A stretch of DNA of 64,000 nt from the NCBI GenBank assembly GCA_963676835.2, contig CAXXFF010000002.1:416001-480000 (forward strand), given 5' to 3'. The notes below the pieces were generated by a model. That model was not told the DNA's origin, searched no databases, and saw nothing but the letters and a program-made list of their open reading frames with translations. The translations under genes were made by a program, and so were the position numbers. Source of the DNA: Marispirochaeta sp. (lineage in GTDB: Bacteria > Spirochaetota > Spirochaetia > JC444 > Marispirochaetaceae). This document shows, piece after piece, positions 28,009-36,441 of this stretch (position 1 is its first letter; every line of letters begins with the position of its first letter).

Positions 28009-28932
28009 ATGTATTATAAAAAGTCATTGCTCCCTTTTATGGCGCTCTTTTTTTCTCTCTCAGTTATTCTATCGACATCTGCTCTGATGACTGCCGGGAA
28101 AACGGGTCATATTCTTTCCACCGGTATACTGCTGCTCTGCATGGATTACCTCTTCTATATGATTATACTCCATTGCCGGGCCGAAGATTTCTCATGGATA
28201 CTGCTTACATTCGGACTGCTGATTATCGGCATTACCATCGCGGCTGCAGTGGTTCTGGATCTGGATCTGTTACGCTCTGCGTTTCATCAGGCCGGTCAAC
28301 TCTACATGATTTCCCTCTACCGCAAAAAAGAACTCTATACCGACAACTCATCCAAATCCGGCTCAAGAACAATGATCCTTGTCGCTTTTCTCATTATCCT
28401 GGCTTCTGTTTTCTGGATGTTTATTCTCGGCTATCAGATTATTTTCAACCACATTCCGGGAGCTTCCGCCTGGATGCTTTTTAATCTCTACTCAATCCTC
28501 AACATACTCATCGCCATAGACGCCTTTATGTATCTACAGAACAGCCTGTATACACATGTAGATTTAAAGACTGACAGGCTCAGAATAGACAGTAAGGATT
28601 TATCCCCCCTGCTTGCAGCAAACGATATTCAGCTGCTTTACCTGTTTGCAGAACAGAAAAACCACACCCTGACCTGCAGCCTGGCACTGCAGAAACTAAA
28701 TAACAGCAACAATACAATTGTCGATTCCTGCCGGCACTGTCTTGATGAACACCGGAAAGCTACCCTGTGCTCAGATTACAAACGGATCTACAACCAGATA
28801 CTGAAGCTGAAACGTTTCCTGGAGACCATGAAAATTGCAACCATACTGCCCCCGGATAACAAGATGCAGATTACCCGACTCGGATGGACCCTGCATCTCT
28901 TTGAGGACGTACATCTCCATCTGAATAAATGA
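28009..28932 (+). CDS. Hypothetical membrane protein with Cys-containing soluble C-terminal domain
   Basis: About 5-6 hydrophobic helices, then a domain with CRHC..C and YKRIYNQILKLKRFLE. Confidence 0.6.
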   Translation: MYYKKSLLPFMALFFSLSVILSTSALMTAGKTGHILSTGILLLCMDYLFYMIILHCRAEDFSWILLTFGLLIIGITIAAAVVLDLDLLRSAFHQAGQLYMISLYRKKELYTDNSSKSGSRTMILVAFLIILASVFWMFILGYQIIFNHIPGASAWMLFNLYSILNILIAIDAFMYLQNSLYTHVDLKTDRLRIDSKDLSPLLAANDIQLLYLFAEQKNHTLTCSLALQKLNNSNNTIVDSCRHCLDEHRKATLCSDYKRIYNQILKLKRFLETMKIATILPPDNKMQITRLGWTLHLFEDVHLHLNK

Positions 28933-28987
28933 CTTTCAAACAGTGCATGGCTTTGCGGGAAGTTCAAAAAGGTCTACACTGAACACA

Positions 28988-29584
28988 ATGGCAGAGAACA
29001 GTTCCCCCTGGCTTGAAGGCCAGTTTCTTATCTCCGAAACAGAACTGATGGATCCCAACTTTATGCAGACCGTGGTTTATATGGTTGAACATAATGAAAA
29101 CGGCGCCCTTGGTTTTGTGGTTAACAGAAAAAGCGAAACAAATCTCAACGAACTTCTGCCGGATTTTGTCGATCACCCTGCCGGAGAAATAGAGGTTTAT
29201 ATCGGTGGACCGGTGGAGCAGATGTACCTGTTTACCCTCCACTCGGGATTGCCCAAGAACCGCACCAGCGATGCCGCAAGTTCTGCTCTTGATGGAGTAA
29301 TACTGGAGCCGGACTTCTCGGTGGTAAAAGATTTTCTCCTGAATGAATGGACTGAAATGCCCGCAGAAAACCGTCCCGACATCCGTTTCTACGCAGGCTA
29401 TGCCGGATGGGCTCCGGGTCAGCTGGAGAATGAGCTGCAGCACAAGGCCTGGGTGGTTATTCCTGCATCTCCCGGAATCGTGTTTGCACCAAACCCCGAG
29501 GAATCCTGGCGTAATGCCCTGCGCAAAAAGGGCGGGATCTACTGGGTTGTTGCAGAAACCGGTTCCAAGCCATCACTCAATTAG
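28988..29584 (+). CDS. YqgE/AlgH (DUF179) family protein
   Basis: DPNF..TVVY..H..GALGFVVNR, GGPV, GYAGWAPGQLENEL..W. Confidence 0.92.
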   Translation: MAENSSPWLEGQFLISETELMDPNFMQTVVYMVEHNENGALGFVVNRKSETNLNELLPDFVDHPAGEIEVYIGGPVEQMYLFTLHSGLPKNRTSDAASSALDGVILEPDFSVVKDFLLNEWTEMPAENRPDIRFYAGYAGWAPGQLENELQHKAWVVIPASPGIVFAPNPEESWRNALRKKGGIYWVVAETGSKPSLN

Positions 29585-29599
29585 CGGCTCCCTCCCCCT

Positions 29600-29631
29600 A
29601 AAAAAAACGGCCCCGGATTTCCGGGACCGTT
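29600..29631 (-). terminator. Terminator between the convergent yqgE-like and hsp20 genes
   Basis: AACGG-CCCCGGA-TT-TCCGGGA-CCGTT hairpin, with an A-run on + (T-run on -). Confidence 0.7.
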
Positions 29632-29655
29632 CAATGCTGTCTTGTGTGAAAAGCT

Positions 29656-30090
29656 CTACTTGATGCCTTTGATCTTTATTTCCCTGGGTTTTGCTTCCGG
29701 CTTTTTTTCAAGGATCAGAGACAAAACACCGTCTGCGAAAGTACCGTTGATCTTGTCTGCATCAACATCCTTGGGCAGGACAAAGCTGCGGCTGAAGGAT
29801 GAAGATCGGCGTTCACGAATAAGGAAACGTCCTTTCTCTTCAGATTTTTCTTCCTTGCTGGCAGAAGAGATGGTCAGAAGGTTGTCTTCAACCTTTACAT
29901 CCACATCCTTCTCGGTAATGCCCGGAAGTTCAGCCTCAAGAACATAACGGTTCTCTTCTTCCCTGACATCTACCCTGGGACCAGCAACTCCCTGAGAGGG
30001 AAGATCCTCAAAAAATGTATTGAAGATCCTGTCCATGTCGTCCCAAACATTCAGATGACGGGGGGTATTGTTGCGAACTAAAGCTTTCAT
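29656..30090 (-). CDS. Hsp20/alpha-crystallin small heat-shock protein
   Basis: PRVDV.E, AELPG, FSRSFVLP, A..DGVL motifs; GGAGG RBS before the ATG at 30090. Confidence 0.95.
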   Translation of the reverse strand: MKALVRNNTPRHLNVWDDMDRIFNTFFEDLPSQGVAGPRVDVREEENRYVLEAELPGITEKDVDVKVEDNLLTISSASKEEKSEEKGRFLIRERRSSSFSRSFVLPKDVDADKINGTFADGVLSLILEKKPEAKPREIKIKGIK

Positions 30091-30184
30091 ATAAGCCTCC
30101 AAAAAAATTGGTATCTATCTGCCGGCCCCTTGAAGGTCCCGGCTGCATCCCCGTACCGGGGTTAATTGCCTTCATATAGTATAT

Positions 30185-30200
30185 TGCAAACAGTGTGCCA
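30185..30200 (-). promoter_or_regulatory. Sigma54 (-24/-12) promoter of hsp20
   Basis: Minus strand TGGCAC-ACTGT-TTGCA, an exact consensus with correct spacing. Confidence 0.8.
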
Positions 30201-30312
30201 ATTTTCTTAAATACTTATATAGCAGTAAATTACATTTTTATTTACTCGAGTTTCATGAAAATAGAGAGCTGTTAGCGAGTGTCAATGTGCCAAAAAGAAA
30301 CATGGTAATATT

Positions 30313-30335
30313 TTTTGACACACAATGTGTCAAAA
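30313..30335. promoter_or_regulatory. Palindromic putative enhancer (bEBP upstream activating sequence)
   Basis: TTTTGACACA-CAA-TGTGTCAAAA, a perfect 10-bp inverted repeat about 115-135 bp upstream of the -24 element. Confidence 0.6.
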
Positions 30336-30370
30336 TGATACTTTTCTGAAAAATCAGGGATAAAAACTGT

Positions 30371-30940
30371 CTACTTGATACACTCTGTATGCCTGAAACA
30401 GCCTACTATATGATCATTCACCACCCCTGAGGACTGGAGAAAAGCATACACAATTGTTGGTCCGATATAATTGAAACCCCGTTTTTTCATATCTCTGCTT
30501 ATTGTCTCTGCAAGGGGAGTAACCGCAGGAATCTCGCTGCTTTTCTGCCAACGGTTAACAATCGGCGCCCCGTCAACAAAGTCCCAGATATATGCATCAA
30601 AGCTGCCAGCTTCCTCACAGACTTTTAGAAAACAGCCTGCATTACGGATACTTGATTCAATCTTGCGTCTGTTTCGAATTATCCCCGGATTTGAAAGCAA
30701 TTCACCGATGTCATTTTCGCCGAAGAGAACAACTCTCTGCGGATCAAAATTCCTGTATGCTTTCCGGTATGCTTCCCGTTTGCGGAGCACCGTCAGCCAG
30801 GATAATCCGGCCTGGGCTCCTTCCAGGCAGAGCAGTTCAAAAAAGCGGATATCATCATGGAGGGGCATTCCCCATTCCTTATCATGATATGTTACATATT
30901 CAGGAATATTTTCCGGAACCCAGTCACAGCGGATCTTCAT
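30371..30940 (-). CDS. tag: DNA-3-methyladenine glycosylase I
   Basis: RCDW, YHDKEWG, LEGAQAGLSW, IIRNRRKI, GPT, NDH..C. Confidence 0.95.
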   Translation of the reverse strand: MKIRCDWVPENIPEYVTYHDKEWGMPLHDDIRFFELLCLEGAQAGLSWLTVLRKREAYRKAYRNFDPQRVVLFGENDIGELLSNPGIIRNRRKIESSIRNAGCFLKVCEEAGSFDAYIWDFVDGAPIVNRWQKSSEIPAVTPLAETISRDMKKRGFNYIGPTIVYAFLQSSGVVNDHIVGCFRHTECIK

Positions 30941-31009
30941 ACTGTCATTATACAGCAGAAAGGCCCTGAATGCTTGCAAGACAAACCGCCAGAAGGTAGA
31001 CTCAGCGCC

Positions 31010-31909
31010 ATGATACTTGGAATTATTCTGGGCTTCGGCGCAGCTCTCTTTCAGAGCTTTGCCTACCTCGGGTCCCGCTTCTACTCAGAAAAGAAAGGTG
31101 GAACCCCGGTACAGCTCCTGCTGACAGCCCATTTACTCATGGGAATAATCGCCCTCATTATTCTGGTAGTGTATCCGAAAGATAATTTCCCCCCTATGCA
31201 GCAGTACCTCATCCCTGCGGCCGGTACGACAATTGCCTTTATGCTGGCACAGTTCTGCCTTATGACCGCATTAAGTATGGCAGTGGCATCGAGGATCAGC
31301 CCTCTTCTGGGCCTCAAGCTTCTTTTTGTTGTAATCATTACATCCGTCTTTTTCTCCGAACACTACACAGTAATCCAGGTTCTTGCAGTTCTGCTTGCAT
31401 TGGCTGCCGCAATAGTACTGAATTACTCCGGCGGCGCCATGCCTCTGCGGGTTCTTTTTCTTGGTCTGGGTGCCAGTTTTCTTCTGGCAGTATCCGATAT
31501 TTTCATTCAGCAGACCGTTGTACCTTTCCGCGGATTTGGTCCGTTAATGGGCGGGCTTCTGCCCCTTTCTGTAAGCTATGTTATGGCCGGAGCTGCCTCA
31601 CTGGTGCTGTACCCGTTTATCTGCTCTTTTACACTCCGCCCCATAAAGCTCGCCCTGCCCTATACCATTGCCTGGTCCATCGGTATCTTTCTCTTCTTCG
31701 CCGCCGTAGGCGAAATAAAGGTAATGTATACTGTGATCCTCCAGTCAACCAGGGGTATTCTGAACGTTGTCCTGGGAGCTGCTATCGGCCTGATGGGCTA
31801 TCATATGCTTGAAGAACGGCATTCCTGGAATGTAATTTTCCGGCGCATTCTGGCCGCAGGCATGATGACCGGTGCCGTAGCCCTGTTCGGGTTTGGAGGA
31901 AGTCTGTGA
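31010..31909 (+). CDS. DMT/EamA-like membrane transporter
   Basis: About 10 TM helices in two repeats, ~299 aa from ATG 31010. Confidence 0.7.
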   Translation: MILGIILGFGAALFQSFAYLGSRFYSEKKGGTPVQLLLTAHLLMGIIALIILVVYPKDNFPPMQQYLIPAAGTTIAFMLAQFCLMTALSMAVASRISPLLGLKLLFVVIITSVFFSEHYTVIQVLAVLLALAAAIVLNYSGGAMPLRVLFLGLGASFLLAVSDIFIQQTVVPFRGFGPLMGGLLPLSVSYVMAGAASLVLYPFICSFTLRPIKLALPYTIAWSIGIFLFFAAVGEIKVMYTVILQSTRGILNVVLGAAIGLMGYHMLEERHSWNVIFRRILAAGMMTGAVALFGFGGSL

Positions 31910-32415
31910 TAAAACTGATCTGCGCCCTGGGTAATCCCGGCAGAGAATACACTCTGACCCGGCATAATGCAGGCTGGATTTTTCTCGACTCATGGCAGCC
32001 CGGCCTGGACTGGCAGAAGAAATTCAAAGGGGAATATGCAGTCAGCCATTCTCCGCGGAAATTAACTTACCTCAAGCCCCTGACCTTCATGAACAAAAGC
32101 GGCGAAAGCCTCCGGGCCTGCTGCGATTTTTTCTCCATCGAGGCGGATGAAATTCTGGTCATCCACGACGACCTGGAACTGGCTTTCGGCGAAACCCTTC
32201 TTAAGCAGGGCGGCGGCCTGGGAGGCCATAACGGACTCAAATCAATAAAACAGCACCTGAGTACAGGAGATTTCCACCGCCTGAGGCTGGGGATAGGCAG
32301 GCCGGACCGGGGCAGCGTTTCCAACCATGTGCTGTCCCGTTTCTCCCCCCAGGAAGAGGCCGAGCTGTCCCTGATGTTCAGCAAAGCTGTGGGGCTTATG
32401 GAATCTGCCCTGTAA
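31906..32415 (+). CDS. pth: Peptidyl-tRNA hydrolase
   Basis: LGNPG..Y..TRHNAG, KPLTFMNKSG, HDDLEL, GGHNGLKSI, RLRLGIGRP. Confidence 0.96.
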   Translation: MIKLICALGNPGREYTLTRHNAGWIFLDSWQPGLDWQKKFKGEYAVSHSPRKLTYLKPLTFMNKSGESLRACCDFFSIEADEILVIHDDLELAFGETLLKQGGGLGGHNGLKSIKQHLSTGDFHRLRLGIGRPDRGSVSNHVLSRFSPQEEAELSLMFSKAVGLMESAL

Positions 32416-32465
32416 AAGAAGAAGAGAAAAGACAAAAACGAGAAAAGGGAATTAATACAGCAAAG

Positions 32466-33311
32466 ATGGCATATCAGATTATCCGTAACGACAAAGACCT
32501 TGACTCATACCACCAGTCTCTACACAGCCGGGGCTGTACCATTATCGGCCTCGATTTTGAAGGGGAATTCAACCTTCATGCCTATGGTGAAACCCTCTGC
32601 CTTGTGCAGATTTACGATGGGGAAAAGGAGATTATCATCGATCCTTTTTCTGTTTCGCCTAAAGCCATGAAAAAGCTGCTGGAAGATGAGAAGATTATGA
32701 AGATAATGTGGGATGCCTCCAGCGACCTCTCCCTGGTTATCAATGGTTATGATATGTCCATCAAATCCATCCTGGACCTGCGGCCAGCGGCGGATATTCT
32801 CGAGTTTCCCAAAAAAGATTACTCCAGCGTTCTTAATGCTGTACTGAATATCGAGACCATGAATAAAGCCCGCTTTCAGCGTTACAACTGGATGACACGC
32901 CCCGTAAGCGACGATGCCATCCGCTATGCCCTGGATGATGTAGTTCACCTTTTTAAACTGAAAGATGCGCTGCTTAAACAGATAAATGAAAAATCCGCAT
33001 TGGATGAGTACCTGCGGCAGAACTTTATAGCCCAGAACCGCAATTACCTCCGGGAACCGGGAAAACGGCACACCAAAATGAAGGGATTTCGGTTTTTAAG
33101 AAAAGATGAACAGGAACGGCTTAAAAGGATATTCGAAGTCCGGGACAACCATGCACGGGAGCTCAACTGGCCGCCCCACCGGGTTATCCCCAATCCTCAA
33201 TTAATTGATATTGCCCGGAAAAATATTCAGCCCGAGAACATACACTTTGACCGCAGTATAAAACCAGGCAGAAGACAGACAATATTAGAACAGATTAATA
33301 AGGTGATCTAA
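32466..33311 (+). CDS. RNase D-like 3'-5' exonuclease with HRDC domain
   Basis: LDFE..LCLVQI, W..RP..YALDDV (DEDDy family); C-terminal RD..ARELNWPPHRV (HRDC). Confidence 0.85.
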   Translation: MAYQIIRNDKDLDSYHQSLHSRGCTIIGLDFEGEFNLHAYGETLCLVQIYDGEKEIIIDPFSVSPKAMKKLLEDEKIMKIMWDASSDLSLVINGYDMSIKSILDLRPAADILEFPKKDYSSVLNAVLNIETMNKARFQRYNWMTRPVSDDAIRYALDDVVHLFKLKDALLKQINEKSALDEYLRQNFIAQNRNYLREPGKRHTKMKGFRFLRKDEQERLKRIFEVRDNHARELNWPPHRVIPNPQLIDIARKNIQPENIHFDRSIKPGRRQTILEQINKVI

Positions 33312-34186
33312 GGCCGCATCAGGGCCGTGTTTCCATCGAAGATAGGTTCCATCTCATGCTTCTTCGCAAGAGCCCGCATTGTATCTTCGGCGGGACGTTC
33401 GCCTGTCTCAGAAGCAGCTTTCAGTACTTTGGGAAGCAGGTTTACATCGCCTGTGGTATTCAGAAATACCCGGGAGTCTCCCAACACCCAGTTTACCGCA
33501 TACTGAATTTCACCCTGCTCTTCCAGGGGCTCATACCAGCAGCTGTAGCGCCGCTCCCCGGGCCAGGGCCTGCAGGCAAGAGACTTGATGGTCTGGACTG
33601 CAATTCCCTTCTCGACGCAGAGTTCCAGCAGGTTCTCTATATCGATGGCGTACTGGGTGTTCTGACATAAAAACCAGTTATAGGGAAAAAGTACCGAATC
33701 AAAGGGAAACCAGGTGAGGCTCTGAAGGTGACGGGCGGGTGCGCCGAAACCGTGGCCGGTGATGCCGATAAAACGCACCATTCCCTGGCTGCGGGCATCT
33801 ACCAAAGCCTCAAGGGCTCCTCCGGGGCTGAAGGCCTGCTCCCACTCTTCAAGCTCAACACAGTTATGCAGTTGAATAAGATCAAGACTATCCGTGCCAA
33901 GGCGCTCCAGGGATTTTTTTATCCCCTCCATGGCACCCTGATAACTCCGTTCCGCAGTCTTGGTGGCCAGAAAAAAATCTTTCCGATGAGATTTCATCCA
34001 GGGAGCGATGCGGAGCTCAGCATCACCGTAACGGGCGGCAACATCAATATGATTAACCCCGTATTCAAGCAGCAAATCCAGAACTGAATCCGCAGTTTTC
34101 TGATCAACCTTTCCCAGGGCTGCTGCCCCAAAGAGAGTTCGCGTACTGCTGTGCCCGGTTTGACCGAAAGGAACTTTCGCTATCAT
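33308..34186 (-). CDS. Aldo/keto reductase
   Basis: NHIDVAARYG, ATK, SLERLGTDSLDLIQLH, RFIGITGH. Confidence 0.9.
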   Translation of the reverse strand: MIAKVPFGQTGHSSTRTLFGAAALGKVDQKTADSVLDLLLEYGVNHIDVAARYGDAELRIAPWMKSHRKDFFLATKTAERSYQGAMEGIKKSLERLGTDSLDLIQLHNCVELEEWEQAFSPGGALEALVDARSQGMVRFIGITGHGFGAPARHLQSLTWFPFDSVLFPYNWFLCQNTQYAIDIENLLELCVEKGIAVQTIKSLACRPWPGERRYSCWYEPLEEQGEIQYAVNWVLGDSRVFLNTTGDVNLLPKVLKAASETGERPAEDTMRALAKKHEMEPIFDGNTALMRP

Positions 34187-34236
34187 CAGCCTGCCTCCGT
34201 AATTACAGTTTAACCATTAGTATATCATGGAAAAAA

Positions 34237-35121
34237 TCAGAGAGCTTTCCACAGCATGCGATTCTCTTCAAAGGAGTATTCTGCAAGTCCACGGTCTGTA
34301 AAACTTGCCAGGAGGGAACGCAGAGTGGCGGAAATCAGAATATACTGACCATGGTTCAGCTCAACTCCGAACTGATCACACACGATCTTCAAGATGTCAT
34401 CAAAGCATCTTTTCTCCCTGATACCATCCAGAACAGTGGTTTCAAGCTGATCTGCCTTTTCAAGATTTTTCAAAGCGGTGGATTCGATACCATCGGTCAG
34501 CTCTCCATGGGAGGGCAGATAATAATCTGCATTAAGCTCGCGGATTAAACCGATGCTGGACCGGAAGGATTCTATATCGTAAATAAAAGGTATGCCGTAT
34601 TTTTCAAGCACCGGCTCACCGAACAGGGCATCCCCCAGATACAGGACTCCATCTGGGCTGAGAATCCCGATCTGATCGAAAAAATGGCCGGGGAGAGCTA
34701 CGATCCTGCCAAAGGGATATTCAGCATCGGCTTCTGCAATATCGGTAACCTTTGACGGCTGGGCCCGGAAAAACTTTCCGGTTATCTCCCGAAAAGGGCG
34801 TCCGCCCCAGAGAAAAGATGGCTCCAGCAGGGGTTCTTCTGTAAAGGGGACCTCCCCGGCAGAAGTAAAAATCCTGCAGGAACTTTTCTTCTGCAGAAAG
34901 CCATTACCCCCGATATGATCAGCATTGGAGTGGGTACAGACAATCCCGGCCAGGCGGCGCCCGGTATCCTCAATAAGACGGTTCAGCTTACGCCCCGCAT
35001 CCTTGTCATTGCCGCTGTCAATGAGCCAGCACCCCTCCTCACTATCTACCAGACCGATATTTGCCGGTGCCGGAATATACCAGGAATTCCCGGCAATCTG
35101 TACCAACTCAAATCCTGCCAC
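34237..35121 (-). CDS. MBL-fold metallo-hydrolase
   Basis: IDSG, THSNADHIGG, PGH, GDA, PSHG. Confidence 0.9.
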   Translation of the reverse strand: MAGFELVQIAGNSWYIPAPANIGLVDSEEGCWLIDSGNDKDAGRKLNRLIEDTGRRLAGIVCTHSNADHIGGNGFLQKKSSCRIFTSAGEVPFTEEPLLEPSFLWGGRPFREITGKFFRAQPSKVTDIAEADAEYPFGRIVALPGHFFDQIGILSPDGVLYLGDALFGEPVLEKYGIPFIYDIESFRSSIGLIRELNADYYLPSHGELTDGIESTALKNLEKADQLETTVLDGIREKRCFDDILKIVCDQFGVELNHGQYILISATLRSLLASFTDRGLAEYSFEENRMLWKAL

Positions 35122-35198
35122 AAGGCCCCCCTGCGTCTATTGTCTATCAGAATTATTTCAGTACACTACAGGCACTTCAATTAATCAAGGAATTGTAA

Positions 35199-36395
35199 AT
35201 GTTTCAGGCTGTACTCTCAATTTGTATCAACATTATTGCCACCACCATTATACTCGCCGTAAATCATGATCTTGGAACCGGTTATCTTCTGTTTGTCGGG
35301 GGAATCGCCGGAGCGGCTAACCTCCTGTCTATTGCCGGGCTGCTGATATATTCTCAAAGCAGAAGCAAAGCCGCCGCCATAAGCGCCATTGTCGGATTCG
35401 CCCTCTTATCGCCCCTGGGACTTATCGGAGCCTTCGGAGTTAAGGGAATGCTGAACAGCGGTGAACAACCGGAGAAGGCCTCCACTCCGGAGCCAAAGAA
35501 ACGTCTGCAGATTTTCCTTCTCACCGGCTTTATACTGCTTTTTCTCATTATAATCTCAGGATCCGCGACCGGCTATTTTCTGCGGATTCGAAATATTATC
35601 AATCTGCTTAAAACCCTTCCCATATATATCCTCCTCAGCTTTGGTGTATTAATCACCCTGAGGCAGAATTACCTGGACCTTTCCATGCCTGCTCTTGCCA
35701 CCCTGAGTGCTCTCCTCATCAGCAAAGCCCTCAGCTATCACCCTGCCGGCGCAGTTATATTTATTATGCTATCCCTGTTGGTACTGCTGATTATCAGCCT
35801 GGTGCATACCCTGCTGATACGCTACACAGGGATCTCATCAGTATTGATTACCTTCATAAGTTCCTACATGACTCTGGGAGTTCTGCGCTTAATTGCAAAT
35901 GGAGAAGCAGAACCTGCAGACTCTCTGCAAATACTGTATGCGCCGGTTTTTTCTTTAGCTATACCGCTTACAGGGGCCGCACTTGTTTACCTGCAGAAGC
36001 TTGCAGAAAACAGGCTTACTCTTTCGGCATCAACAAAGCCGTTCAAACATCTCCTGGCGGGATGGACCGTTTTTCTGGGCAGTGCAGTTCTTGCTATGAC
36101 AGCCGGACTCTATACTGCAGGAAGAGTCGGCAGCACCGTGCCCTTTATGAATGTTTTCAATGTTATCGTTCTCGGGTATTTTTTCTTTTCCTTGAGGATT
36201 CTGCCGGAAAAAGCCATGAACAAACTCGGGGTACTCCTGGCACTGCTTCCTGCCACTGCAGCCGGGGCACTGTTTAACCGTGTCAGCCTCGCGGGGCTTA
36301 ATTCGGACATACAAATGCTCATTCTGACGGGGATAACCCTGATAACAGGATTAATTTCCTACACCCTCGTCCCGGGCCGAAAGATGGATATATAG
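35199..36395 (+). CDS. Orphan membrane protein with divergent sugar-ABC-permease-like C-terminal part
   Basis: Many TM helices; NIINLL, LDLS, ISSVLITF resemble RbsC-type permeases. No cognate ATPase or binding protein adjacent. Confidence 0.5.
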   Translation: MFQAVLSICINIIATTIILAVNHDLGTGYLLFVGGIAGAANLLSIAGLLIYSQSRSKAAAISAIVGFALLSPLGLIGAFGVKGMLNSGEQPEKASTPEPKKRLQIFLLTGFILLFLIIISGSATGYFLRIRNIINLLKTLPIYILLSFGVLITLRQNYLDLSMPALATLSALLISKALSYHPAGAVIFIMLSLLVLLIISLVHTLLIRYTGISSVLITFISSYMTLGVLRLIANGEAEPADSLQILYAPVFSLAIPLTGAALVYLQKLAENRLTLSASTKPFKHLLAGWTVFLGSAVLAMTAGLYTAGRVGSTVPFMNVFNVIVLGYFFFSLRILPEKAMNKLGVLLALLPATAAGALFNRVSLAGLNSDIQMLILTGITLITGLISYTLVPGRKMDI

Positions 36396-36441
36396 AATAT
36401 CAACGTGTTTTTCCCGAACCATGAGATACACTGGTAGAAAT

